DNA of 64,000 nucleotides from an uncultured Candidatus Poseidoniales archaeon (GTDB lineage: Archaea; Thermoplasmatota; Poseidoniia; Poseidoniales; Poseidoniaceae): NCBI GenBank assembly GCA_000246735.1, contig CM001443.1:1176777-1240776 (forward strand), given 5' to 3'. Below are positions 51,995-60,014 of this stretch, piece by piece. The position numbers and the translations under genes are program-made. Within the stretch, counting starts at the first letter, position 1; each line of letters begins with the position of its first letter. The notes under the pieces are model-generated. The model did not search any database and was not told the origin of the DNA. It saw only the letters and a list, made by a program, of their open reading frames with translations.

Positions 51995-52351
51995 TTGCAG
52001 TCGAGGAAGGACGAGGTTGAACGCGCCAGGTCGATGGGCCTCGAGCTCAACGCTGAAGGGAATGCATGGGTTCCAATCAATCAATCCCCTCGTCGAATGA
52101 CACAACCCTCGGAGCACCGGCGGCAACGTCCGCCACCACGACCATTGAAGTCCACAAGCCAAGACATGGTCGTGAGGTTGCCCCCTGCCAAGTCGAGATC
52201 TGTATACAAAAATCCGACGACGAGCTCACTGCAAATCGTGGTCATCGTTGCCTTTTTGTCCTTCGTGGTGATAGGAATTGTGTTATTTTTGATTCTTTGG
52301 GCCTTATTTTCTCTTCTGGCAATGGCAGGTAGTGGAACCGGCGGTTGGTAG
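51995..52351 (+). CDS. Hypothetical tail-anchored-type membrane protein
   Basis: A basic, Pro-rich N-terminal region followed by a long C-terminal hydrophobic stretch, LQIVVIVAFLSFVVIGIVLFLILWALFSLLAMAG. The track start is TTG, and the first ATG is at 52034. Confidence 0.35.
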   Translation: MQSRKDEVERARSMGLELNAEGNAWVPINQSPRRMTQPSEHRRQRPPPRPLKSTSQDMVVRLPPAKSRSVYKNPTTSSLQIVVIVAFLSFVVIGIVLFLILWALFSLLAMAGSGTGGW

Positions 52352-52370
52352 TGATTCCAGTTGATGGCCA

Positions 52371-53900
52371 TCAGTAGGTCTTTGCCAACAACACACGACG
52401 TGTGGTTGGGCTTCCACTCATGTGGCAGGGTCGTGCCTCAAGATACTCATCGGTTGAATCGCCAAGGAAGGCAAAACCTGTCAAGCGCTCGATTGCCTCT
52501 GCATGGGCGTCTGTTCCATCGAATGGTAACTCGTAGATGTGGCCGTCCTTGACTTCACCGTCAAGGATGTACTCACCATCCACCATTGTGATCCTTGGGA
52601 GTGGTTGAACAACATCTGACATGTGTGCCTGTGAACGTTTCCTCAATTCAGCAGAGATTTCATCAAGCACCGTGTGGCAAGCGTTGGCAATGTCATCAAG
52701 GGGCAACGGTTCCTTGCCACCTGTTCTGCGTGCAGCAAAGGCTGTGCCTTGTGCTATATCGCGTGGACCGATATCGAGGCGGAGTGGCACACCTTTGATT
52801 TCCCAATCGTAGTACTTCTGACCAGACCGGATGTCTCGTGCATCAACCTTGACCCGCAATCCATGCTTGCGCAATGTTTTGGCCACTTCCTCAGCAACAG
52901 CGACCGTGTCAACATCAGAATTCTTCTTGATCATTGGGCAAATTACCACTTGGAACGGCGCAACCGCCGGTGGCATAATCAGTCCATTTTCATCACCGTG
53001 CATTCCAACAACAGCGCCAAGCAATCGTTCTGACATCCCATAAGTGGTCTGGTGAACATGCTGTTGTTGTGCATCTAGGTTCTCATAAGTGATGTCGAAG
53101 GCTTTTGCCCACTGGTCACGATAATGGTGACAAGATGCCACTTGGAGGGTTCGACCGTTTGGCATGACTGCATCAATGCCGATGGTGTACCAAGCCCCAG
53201 GAAAGGTATCCCACAATGGCCGCTTTGCCTTGATCACTGGTAAGCAAAGATCTCGCATCACATTATCGACGATTTGCAAATCCTGTTCAATTTGACGGGT
53301 TGCATCCGCCTCATCAGCGTGCGCAGTGTGAGCTTCAAAGAAATGAATTTCGCGAACACGAATAAAGGACCGTGTTTGCTTTGTTTCGTACCGGAACGTG
53401 TTGACCATTTGGTACACTTTCAATGGTAAATCCTTGTGAGAGCGAATCCAAAGTGGAAACATAGTGTACATGGCCGTCTCAGATGTGGGTCGAAGGAACA
53501 TTGGAATGTCGAGTTCATTTTCCCCTGCATGCTTCACCCAGTACACTTCTTTCTTGAAGCCACCTTCTTCATCTTCATCACGGAGATCATCGGGGTCCAC
53601 GCCTTCTTCACGGGCCCGCTTGAGTCGAGCCACAAGGGCATTTTCACGTTCTAACAAATTCTCTGGAATGAGCAAAGGGAAATTCACTTCTTCATGGTTG
53701 GTTCGCTCCATTTCTTGATGTGTAAGCGCATCGATGAGTTTCATTGTCTTCCAGCCATAAGGCCGCCAGACATCCATGCCCTTGATTGGGTATCGTTTAT
53801 CGACGAGTTCAGCCGCTTCAACAATGAATGGATACCACTCGTTGAAGTTCTCTTCCTTTGAAGGAAGGCCTCGTTTTGCCTTACCGGGTCCTTGGCTCAT
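52371..53900 (-). CDS. proS: Prolyl-tRNA synthetase (archaeal type)
   Basis: FNEWYPFIVEAAELVDKRYPIKGMDVWRPYG, FLRPTSE (motif 2 region), FRYETKQTRSFIRVREI, and a C-terminal archaeal/eukaryal-specific domain ending in Y. Start set at ATG 53900. Confidence 0.93.
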   Translation of the reverse strand: MSQGPGKAKRGLPSKEENFNEWYPFIVEAAELVDKRYPIKGMDVWRPYGWKTMKLIDALTHQEMERTNHEEVNFPLLIPENLLERENALVARLKRAREEGVDPDDLRDEDEEGGFKKEVYWVKHAGENELDIPMFLRPTSETAMYTMFPLWIRSHKDLPLKVYQMVNTFRYETKQTRSFIRVREIHFFEAHTAHADEADATRQIEQDLQIVDNVMRDLCLPVIKAKRPLWDTFPGAWYTIGIDAVMPNGRTLQVASCHHYRDQWAKAFDITYENLDAQQQHVHQTTYGMSERLLGAVVGMHGDENGLIMPPAVAPFQVVICPMIKKNSDVDTVAVAEEVAKTLRKHGLRVKVDARDIRSGQKYYDWEIKGVPLRLDIGPRDIAQGTAFAARRTGGKEPLPLDDIANACHTVLDEISAELRKRSQAHMSDVVQPLPRITMVDGEYILDGEVKDGHIYELPFDGTDAHAEAIERLTGFAFLGDSTDEYLEARPCHMSGSPTTRRVLLAKTY

Positions 53901-53926
53901 GGTTGAGTTCGGTGGACACCTGCTCA

Positions 53927-54223
53927 TCAAGATGACGCATCATTATCTGTTGAAGAATCCACTTGTTTGAGTTGAGCAAAGGCCACCAAGGCAGCCCCGC
54001 ACCATGCTGCTTCAAGGATCAAGAAGGCCCACTCATCAATTAAAAAGGCCCGAATTCCCAACAATGCAGAACCAAAGGCCATCAACATCAGGTAACTCGT
54101 CTGTTTGCTGTGGAGGACATTCCGCGTCTCAAGAACAAACGCAAGGAGAATAGATATCATTCCGATGTAGGAAAGAAGTTCGGAAAACCCGTCGATATTC
54201 ATAGGGATCACGAACGGCGCCAC
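53927..54223 (-). CDS. Hypothetical small membrane protein (3 TM helices)
   Basis: 98-aa hydrophobic ORF immediately upstream of proS on the same strand. Confidence 0.45.
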   Translation of the reverse strand: MAPFVIPMNIDGFSELLSYIGMISILLAFVLETRNVLHSKQTSYLMLMAFGSALLGIRAFLIDEWAFLILEAAWCGAALVAFAQLKQVDSSTDNDASS

Positions 54224-54789
54224 ATGACAACCATCGCAACGAGGAGGCCAATGACAGCAACAATGTCAGGAATACCCAATGCGCCATCAGGGAAAGGGAG
54301 GGACCATCCCAAGCCGTTACCGAGTTCGTGGGGGCTCGCGAGGTTCATTTTCGTGTAACCGTCCGATGGACACAAGTCACTTTCAAGGCAACCACTCCCC
54401 ATTACGGATGAAAGAAGCCCGAAAACATTGGCCACGACAAGCAAAAGAAGTGCTCCAAGTCCAAACAATGGGGCTTTGGAAGCACCCTTCGTCGTAGGGA
54501 GAGGCGTGAGAGCAGGAAGTTCCCCGGGGGGAAGTGGTTCCGGTATACTCTGGGCTGCAGGAGCAAGATCGCCGATGACTTCGATCAACATGTTCGTAGG
54601 TGGAGCCACTTCTGTGAGTTCCGCAACCGGTGCATCAACCATATCTCGTGCCTTTTTGGGCCGAGCGGGCGTAATTTTGATGCCGTAGAGTCGGTCTGCG
54701 AGGGTAACCAATGCAGGGTCATCCGCAATGTCTTCAGCTGATAAATCGCCGTCCAACAACTGTTGCAACTTATCTCGCGATGTGCTCAT
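54208..54789 (-). CDS. Hypothetical membrane protein with a C-terminal helix + RRS ending
   Basis: A 115-aa polar, Pro-rich N-terminus, then TM1 (LFGLGALLLLVVANVFGLLSSV), a ~45-aa Cys-containing loop, and the terminal GIPDIVAVIGLLVAMVVMWRRS. Confidence 0.5.
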   Translation of the reverse strand: MSTSRDKLQQLLDGDLSAEDIADDPALVTLADRLYGIKITPARPKKARDMVDAPVAELTEVAPPTNMLIEVIGDLAPAAQSIPEPLPPGELPALTPLPTTKGASKAPLFGLGALLLLVVANVFGLLSSVMGSGCLESDLCPSDGYTKMNLASPHELGNGLGWSLPFPDGALGIPDIVAVIGLLVAMVVMWRRS

Positions 54790-54862
54790 GGTAAACCCCC
54801 TGTGTGACGACGGTGGAGGACTTCATTCAAGAATCCTCCTTCTCAATTACGCGAACTGAATT

Positions 54863-55525
54863 TCAAGCGTTTCCTGCCTTTTCGACTTCAGCCCAGTCCT
54901 TCATGAAGCCAGCAAGGCCTTTGTCGGTAAGCGGGTGGGTCATTAATTGGCGGAAGGTCTTTGCAGGCATTGTGGCGGTGTGTGCGCCAAGTTGAATGCA
55001 TTGCAAGACGTGTGTGGGGTGTCGAATTGAAGCGGCGAGCACCTTGGTGGTGATGGATGGGTAATTGTTCCATGTTTCCATGATTTCAGCAATCAAATTC
55101 ATTCCATCATGGCCTGTATCATCAATTCGTCCAATGAACGGAGAGACATAAGTTGCTCCTGCTTTGGCAGCCATCAGGGCCTGAGATGCTGAAAAAATCA
55201 ATGTCACATTGGTTTTGATTCCCTCTTCTGTAAGGATTTTGGTCGCAGCAAGCCCTTCTGGCGTGCATGGGATCTTGATAATCACGTTTTCTGGGAGTTC
55301 TGCTTTGAGCGCACGCCCTTGAACAACCATGCCTTCCGTATCCATAGCCGTTACTTCGGCCGAAATAGGTCCATCACAAATCGATGCAATTTCAGCGACA
55401 ACTTGTTTGAAGTCCCGGCCACTTTTCTTAATCAGCGATGGGTTGGTTGTCACGCCATCTAGGATTCCCCAAGCGGCAATTTCTCGAATTTCGTCAACAT
55501 CTGCGGTATCTAGGAAGAACTCCAT
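54863..55525 (-). CDS. tal: Transaldolase (short, Fsa/TalC type)
   Basis: [15 protein letters not shown]...[13 protein letters not shown] (Schiff-base Lys region), SPFIGRIDD. Confidence 0.93.
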   Translation of the reverse strand: MEFFLDTADVDEIREIAAWGILDGVTTNPSLIKKSGRDFKQVVAEIASICDGPISAEVTAMDTEGMVVQGRALKAELPENVIIKIPCTPEGLAATKILTEEGIKTNVTLIFSASQALMAAKAGATYVSPFIGRIDDTGHDGMNLIAEIMETWNNYPSITTKVLAASIRHPTHVLQCIQLGAHTATMPAKTFRQLMTHPLTDKGLAGFMKDWAEVEKAGNA

Positions 55526-55581
55526 GATGCATTACCCTCCGATGCGCTCCTTCAACTCTCCGCTTGGATTTGAATGCTCAT

Positions 55582-55944
55582 TCATTCATATTCTGTGTAT
55601 TTCGCAGATGAACCACGCACGACATCAGCTGGATATTTCATCCGATTGATGGCAAATTTGTCGTTCATGATTTGGATCGGATCAAGGTTCAAAATACTGC
55701 ATAAACGAAGGCAATACATCATGACATCAGCCGTTTCATGAGATATGTTTTGAATCAGTTCTTGGTCTGCTTTTGCATCTTCAACAGAAGGGTTGGTCCA
55801 CTGCACAGTTTCTGTGAGTTCCGCTGCTTCTATACCCACCGAGGCAACAATATTTTTGATGCTATGGAACTGATTCCAATCCCGTTGCTCGACAAAGGAA
55901 TCAAGTCGCTGCATGATGTTGGCTAGGCTATCTCCATCGCTCAT
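55582..55944 (-). CDS. MazG-like nucleoside triphosphate pyrophosphohydrolase (dCTPase/XTP3TPA-like)
   Basis: FVEQRDWNQFHSIKNIVASVGIEAAELTE ... ISHETADVMMYCLRL, the four-helix EExxE/D MazG pattern. Confidence 0.8.
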   Translation of the reverse strand: MSDGDSLANIMQRLDSFVEQRDWNQFHSIKNIVASVGIEAAELTETVQWTNPSVEDAKADQELIQNISHETADVMMYCLRLCSILNLDPIQIMNDKFAINRMKYPADVVRGSSAKYTEYE

Positions 55945-55983
55945 AGCAAGGGTTTCAGCCCGCCGCTAATGGTTATTCCCGTT

Positions 55984-56922
55984 TCACTTACGGCTGATTG
56001 CCTTTCGTGCTGCAACTGCGATGTATGGTGAAGAAATGTTCATCACTTCGAGCATCTCATCTGCTTGTCCTGATTCGCCAAAGCGATCTGGAACACCAAC
56101 CATTTCGAGGGGTGCAAACGTGTTTGCAACCAAGTGTTCGGCCACAGCACTGCCAAGTCCACCAATCACGTTGTGATCTTCGGCCGTAACGAGGGCACCG
56201 CATCGACTCACGAGTGAATCGATGAGGTCACCGTCGAGTGGTTTGAGCGTGTGCATATCGATCACCGCAGCACTGACGCCTTCTGCAGCAAGTGCTTCTG
56301 CAGCCTTGATAGATTCTGAAACCATAACGCCACATGCAATGATGGCGACATCAGTTCCTTCTTTGAGTTGAACGCCCTTTCCAATTTGGATGGTGCCTTC
56401 TGCTGCATCGTCGTACATGACAGGGGTTTTGTTTCGTGCTGTTCGCATGTACGATGGTGAGTTCGTATCGGCCAGTTGCATGGTCAGCGCTCGGGTGCTC
56501 ACATCATCGCAAGGGTGCATGACCACGACATTGGGAAGTGTTCTGAACACTGCCAAATCTTCAATCGATTGAGCAGAGGATCCGTCGGTACCAGTGTGCG
56601 TTCCACCGTGGCTGCCACACAAATGCACAGCTAGGTTCGGTCGAGCCACTCCGTTGCGCATTTGTTCAAAGGCGCGCTCTGTAAAAATTGCAAAGGTACT
56701 CGCAAAAGGAATGTAACCAGATGCAGCCATACCAGCGCCAACGAGAAGCATGTTTTGTTCACCAATTCCACAGGAGACGGTTCGCTCTGGGTGTGCTTTT
56801 CTAAAGTGCAATGATTTGGTGGATTTGCCCAAATCTGCTTCAAGGACAACCACCTTAGGATTGTCTGCAAGGTCGAGCAAGGCTTGGCCGTATCCATCAC
56901 GTGTTGCTGCCATTCGTGTCAT
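55984..56922 (-). CDS. Transketolase, C-terminal (pyrimidine-binding) subunit
   Basis: TRDGYGQALLDL, FGIGEQNM-like CGIGEQNM, and the C-terminal transketolase domain. 4-nt overlap with the N-terminal subunit gene. Confidence 0.92.
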   Translation of the reverse strand: MTRMAATRDGYGQALLDLADNPKVVVLEADLGKSTKSLHFRKAHPERTVSCGIGEQNMLLVGAGMAASGYIPFASTFAIFTERAFEQMRNGVARPNLAVHLCGSHGGTHTGTDGSSAQSIEDLAVFRTLPNVVVMHPCDDVSTRALTMQLADTNSPSYMRTARNKTPVMYDDAAEGTIQIGKGVQLKEGTDVAIIACGVMVSESIKAAEALAAEGVSAAVIDMHTLKPLDGDLIDSLVSRCGALVTAEDHNVIGGLGSAVAEHLVANTFAPLEMVGVPDRFGESGQADEMLEVMNISSPYIAVAARKAISRK

Positions 56923-57752
56923 GCTTCCACCTCGCCGAGTTCGATCATCGCTTGTTTGTACTGCTCATCGTTTGGAGCAGCACCGTGGAATGCTGGATTG
57001 TTTTCCATGTAGGAAATCCCGCCACCTTTGATCGTGTGGGCGATTAGAATCGAGGGTCCGTTGGAGTTTTCATCCGCTTCGAGGAAATCCAATCCATCCA
57101 TAATTTCGGCCATGTTATGCCCATCAATTTCTTTGACATTCCATCCAAAAGATCGCCACTTTGCGGGAATGTCAAACATCCTCATTTGAGCTTCACAGAA
57201 ATCGTCGTTTTGGATTCTGTTTCGGTCGAGGATGACTTTGAGGTTGCCAAGTTCGTGATGGGCTGCAGCCATAGCCGCTTCCCAAACACTTCCTTCTTGC
57301 ATTTCACCATCGCCAATCATGACGAACGCACGTCGGTCACTTTTGTCGAGACGTGCTGCCACTGCACAGCCCATCCCAAAGGACAAGCCCATGCCAAGGG
57401 ACCCTGCTGAAAAATCAACACCTGGGCACCATTTCATATCGACGTGACCTTGGCAAACGCCGCCAAGAACTCGGTATGATTTCAAATCTTCATGGCTGAT
57501 GAAACCCATTTCAGCAAGGACCGCATACATCCCTGGGGAGGCATGGCCCTTGGAGAGAATGAAACGATCCCGGTCAGACCATTTAGGTTCGTCAGGCCGG
57601 ACGCGCATACGAGTAGCGTACAAGGCAGCGAGGAGGTCGATTTCAGATAATGAACCACCCGGGTGGCCCGCTTGAGCACGGTAGACCATCTTAACTATCT
57701 CAACGCGGCACTTTCGGGCCATCTCTTCAACTTCGGCGATGCTTGCGGACAT
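56919..57752 (-). CDS. Transketolase, N-terminal (TPP-binding) subunit
   Basis: AGHPGGSLS, SKGHASPGMYA, GDGEMQEGSVWEA (TPP motif). Confidence 0.92.
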   Translation of the reverse strand: MSASIAEVEEMARKCRVEIVKMVYRAQAGHPGGSLSEIDLLAALYATRMRVRPDEPKWSDRDRFILSKGHASPGMYAVLAEMGFISHEDLKSYRVLGGVCQGHVDMKWCPGVDFSAGSLGMGLSFGMGCAVAARLDKSDRRAFVMIGDGEMQEGSVWEAAMAAAHHELGNLKVILDRNRIQNDDFCEAQMRMFDIPAKWRSFGWNVKEIDGHNMAEIMDGLDFLEADENSNGPSILIAHTIKGGGISYMENNPAFHGAAPNDEQYKQAMIELGEVEA

Positions 57753-57826
57753 ATTCTCCCCTGCTAACCTTCGGCCTTCACGGACGCCCTTTGATGGTTG
57801 TGCATCTCAAGGTTGACTGATGTAAC

Positions 57827-59917
57827 TCATTTCTTGGCAGGTGGAAGCAATGCTGCTGTGAATTTCTTCGCTACATCGCCTGCAACGATGACGGCATCGC
57901 TCAACAAATTATTGCCTTTCGGAAGGGCTCGTGTGGCCAGCCAAATGAAGACGGCTACAAACCATCCGAAGAAGACCAATGAGAGCAAATTATTGAGTGT
58001 TACAACGCCAAAGATTTCTGGCAATTGAATGTCGAGGACAATTAAAACCGCGATCAACACACCCAAGATTGATTCACCCGCAATGAATCCAGCACCGATC
58101 AGAACACCACGGTTTTCCACCTCTTTCGCAGCATCCAATGCTTCCTTTGATGGTTCGATGTCGAGCCGTCCATCCACACGGTAATGCGCTGTTCGAAGGG
58201 CGAAGTATGAGATGATTCCACCCAGCATGATTGGAACAGACAATCCGAGCGGGAGATAAATTCCAATTGCCACTGACATTACAGGCATTCTCAGGTAGAT
58301 GAGCACTACGGCAATCACTGCACCCAACGTAACCATTTGAATGTTCAAATCTCCACCAAATGCACCTTGGATGATGGCACCGATCAATTCTGCTTGGGGT
58401 GCAAACAATGCATCTGTACAGTCGTATTGATCATCAACAGCGAGGGTAAGGTTCGTGTTCGCACATGCGGTCTTTGAAATTTGGAACGCATCATGGAGGA
58501 GGGCCAACGTTGGTCCAATTACAACAGCCCCTGTGAGGACACCTATGATCTCCGCTACTTGTTGCCGCCAAGGTGTCGCCCCAACCATGTGTCCTGTCTT
58601 TAGATCCTGCATCACATCACCTGCAATCGCTGCGGATGAAGCGACGACTGCAGCAATGAGGAGGGTCGCCAACATCAATTCTTCACGACCGAGTCCAAGC
58701 ATCAAATCTCCAACGACCCAAACAAGAGCCACAGTGAACAGCAGGGTGGCGATCGTCATCCCGGAAACTGGTGAGTTGGAAGAGCCGACCACGCCCGCAA
58801 TGTAGCCTGCAACGGCTGCGAAGAAGAATGCTACAACGGCCAAGAAGAGAGCGCCAGCGAGCGCAAGGCCAAACGATCCAGTTGACCACCAGTAGAACCC
58901 GAAGGTAAGAACGACAAGAACGCCGCAGAACATGATCACCTTGTCCAACGGCAAATCGATTTCTGTTCGAAGAGGTGCAGTTGTCCCCTCCTCGGTTTTA
59001 ATCAATGCTTTGGACAGTCCCGTGATGATGGTTTTTCGCATCGACCAGAGGGTATACACACCGCCAACGACCATTGCCCCGACACCAACATACCGGATTT
59101 GTTCAGCCCAGATGTCATAGAATCCACTAACGAGCGTCGGTGAGTTCGGCCAACCATGAATGAGACCGTACATAGGTACGAGGATACCGAATCCAATAAC
59201 ACCGCCGAGGAAAATGAATGAGGCGATTCGAACACCGACGATGTAACCAACAGAAAGCAGTGCAATTGACAAATCCATTCCTGCATACAACCGCGTGCCA
59301 AGGAAGCCGACCGCTGATTCAACAGTGTGATGTGTGACTTCGAATCCTTTCACCATCAATCCGTAAATACCGCCAATTCCCAGTGCATACAGGATGGCAA
59401 GTGCCCCCTCGCCGCCTTCTTCTCCAGCCACCAACACTTCTCGGCAAGCGACGCCTTCAGGGTAGGGAAGTGCCTCTTCGACAATGAACAATCGACGAAG
59501 TGCGATGGTGAACATTGTGCCCAGCAAACCTCCGAGGGTTGCAATGATGAGTGTATCAAACCATTGAATGTCGTCCCACAGGCCGATCACAAGCATGGCA
59601 GGAACAGTGAAAATGACACCCGCTGCTAAGGATTCACCAGCACTTGCCATCGTTTGAACTGCGTTATTTTCGAGGATACTGACATCCTTGAACAGCGAAC
59701 GGAGAATGATCATCGACATAACAGCAGCAGGAATACTCGCAGAGACGGTCATGCCGGCATACAACCCAAGATAGGCGTTTGCGGCCGTCATTAGAATACC
59801 AAGAAGGATACCAACAACAATAACGCGCAAGGTCAACTCGGGTGGTGATTCTGACGCCGGAATGTACGGGTCATGCTCAGCGCTCATTAGGTTCCCCAAA
59901 TCAAACAGGTTGTTCAA
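57827..59917 (-). CDS. OPT-family oligopeptide transporter
   Basis: 696-aa polytopic protein. The N-terminal PELTLRVIVVGILLGILMTAANAYLGLYAGMTVSASIPAAVMSM is typical of the bacterial/archaeal OPT clade. Confidence 0.8.
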   Translation of the reverse strand: MNNLFDLGNLMSAEHDPYIPASESPPELTLRVIVVGILLGILMTAANAYLGLYAGMTVSASIPAAVMSMIILRSLFKDVSILENNAVQTMASAGESLAAGVIFTVPAMLVIGLWDDIQWFDTLIIATLGGLLGTMFTIALRRLFIVEEALPYPEGVACREVLVAGEEGGEGALAILYALGIGGIYGLMVKGFEVTHHTVESAVGFLGTRLYAGMDLSIALLSVGYIVGVRIASFIFLGGVIGFGILVPMYGLIHGWPNSPTLVSGFYDIWAEQIRYVGVGAMVVGGVYTLWSMRKTIITGLSKALIKTEEGTTAPLRTEIDLPLDKVIMFCGVLVVLTFGFYWWSTGSFGLALAGALFLAVVAFFFAAVAGYIAGVVGSSNSPVSGMTIATLLFTVALVWVVGDLMLGLGREELMLATLLIAAVVASSAAIAGDVMQDLKTGHMVGATPWRQQVAEIIGVLTGAVVIGPTLALLHDAFQISKTACANTNLTLAVDDQYDCTDALFAPQAELIGAIIQGAFGGDLNIQMVTLGAVIAVVLIYLRMPVMSVAIGIYLPLGLSVPIMLGGIISYFALRTAHYRVDGRLDIEPSKEALDAAKEVENRGVLIGAGFIAGESILGVLIAVLIVLDIQLPEIFGVVTLNNLLSLVFFGWFVAVFIWLATRALPKGNNLLSDAVIVAGDVAKKFTAALLPPAKK

Positions 59918-60014
59918 GACATCGCAACGAACTCACAGGGTATTCCACCATTATTATCATAAGTATTCCATAGAACCCATGCCACGAAGGTGCTAACCTT
60001 CATGGGTGATTTGG

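Noticed and set aside
52066-52332. Alternative 88-aa ORF in a different frame, overlapping the 51995-52351 tail-anchored-type ORF
   Set aside because: It has no hydrophobic or structured features, whereas the chosen frame encodes a clean C-terminal TM helix. Both remain low confidence.
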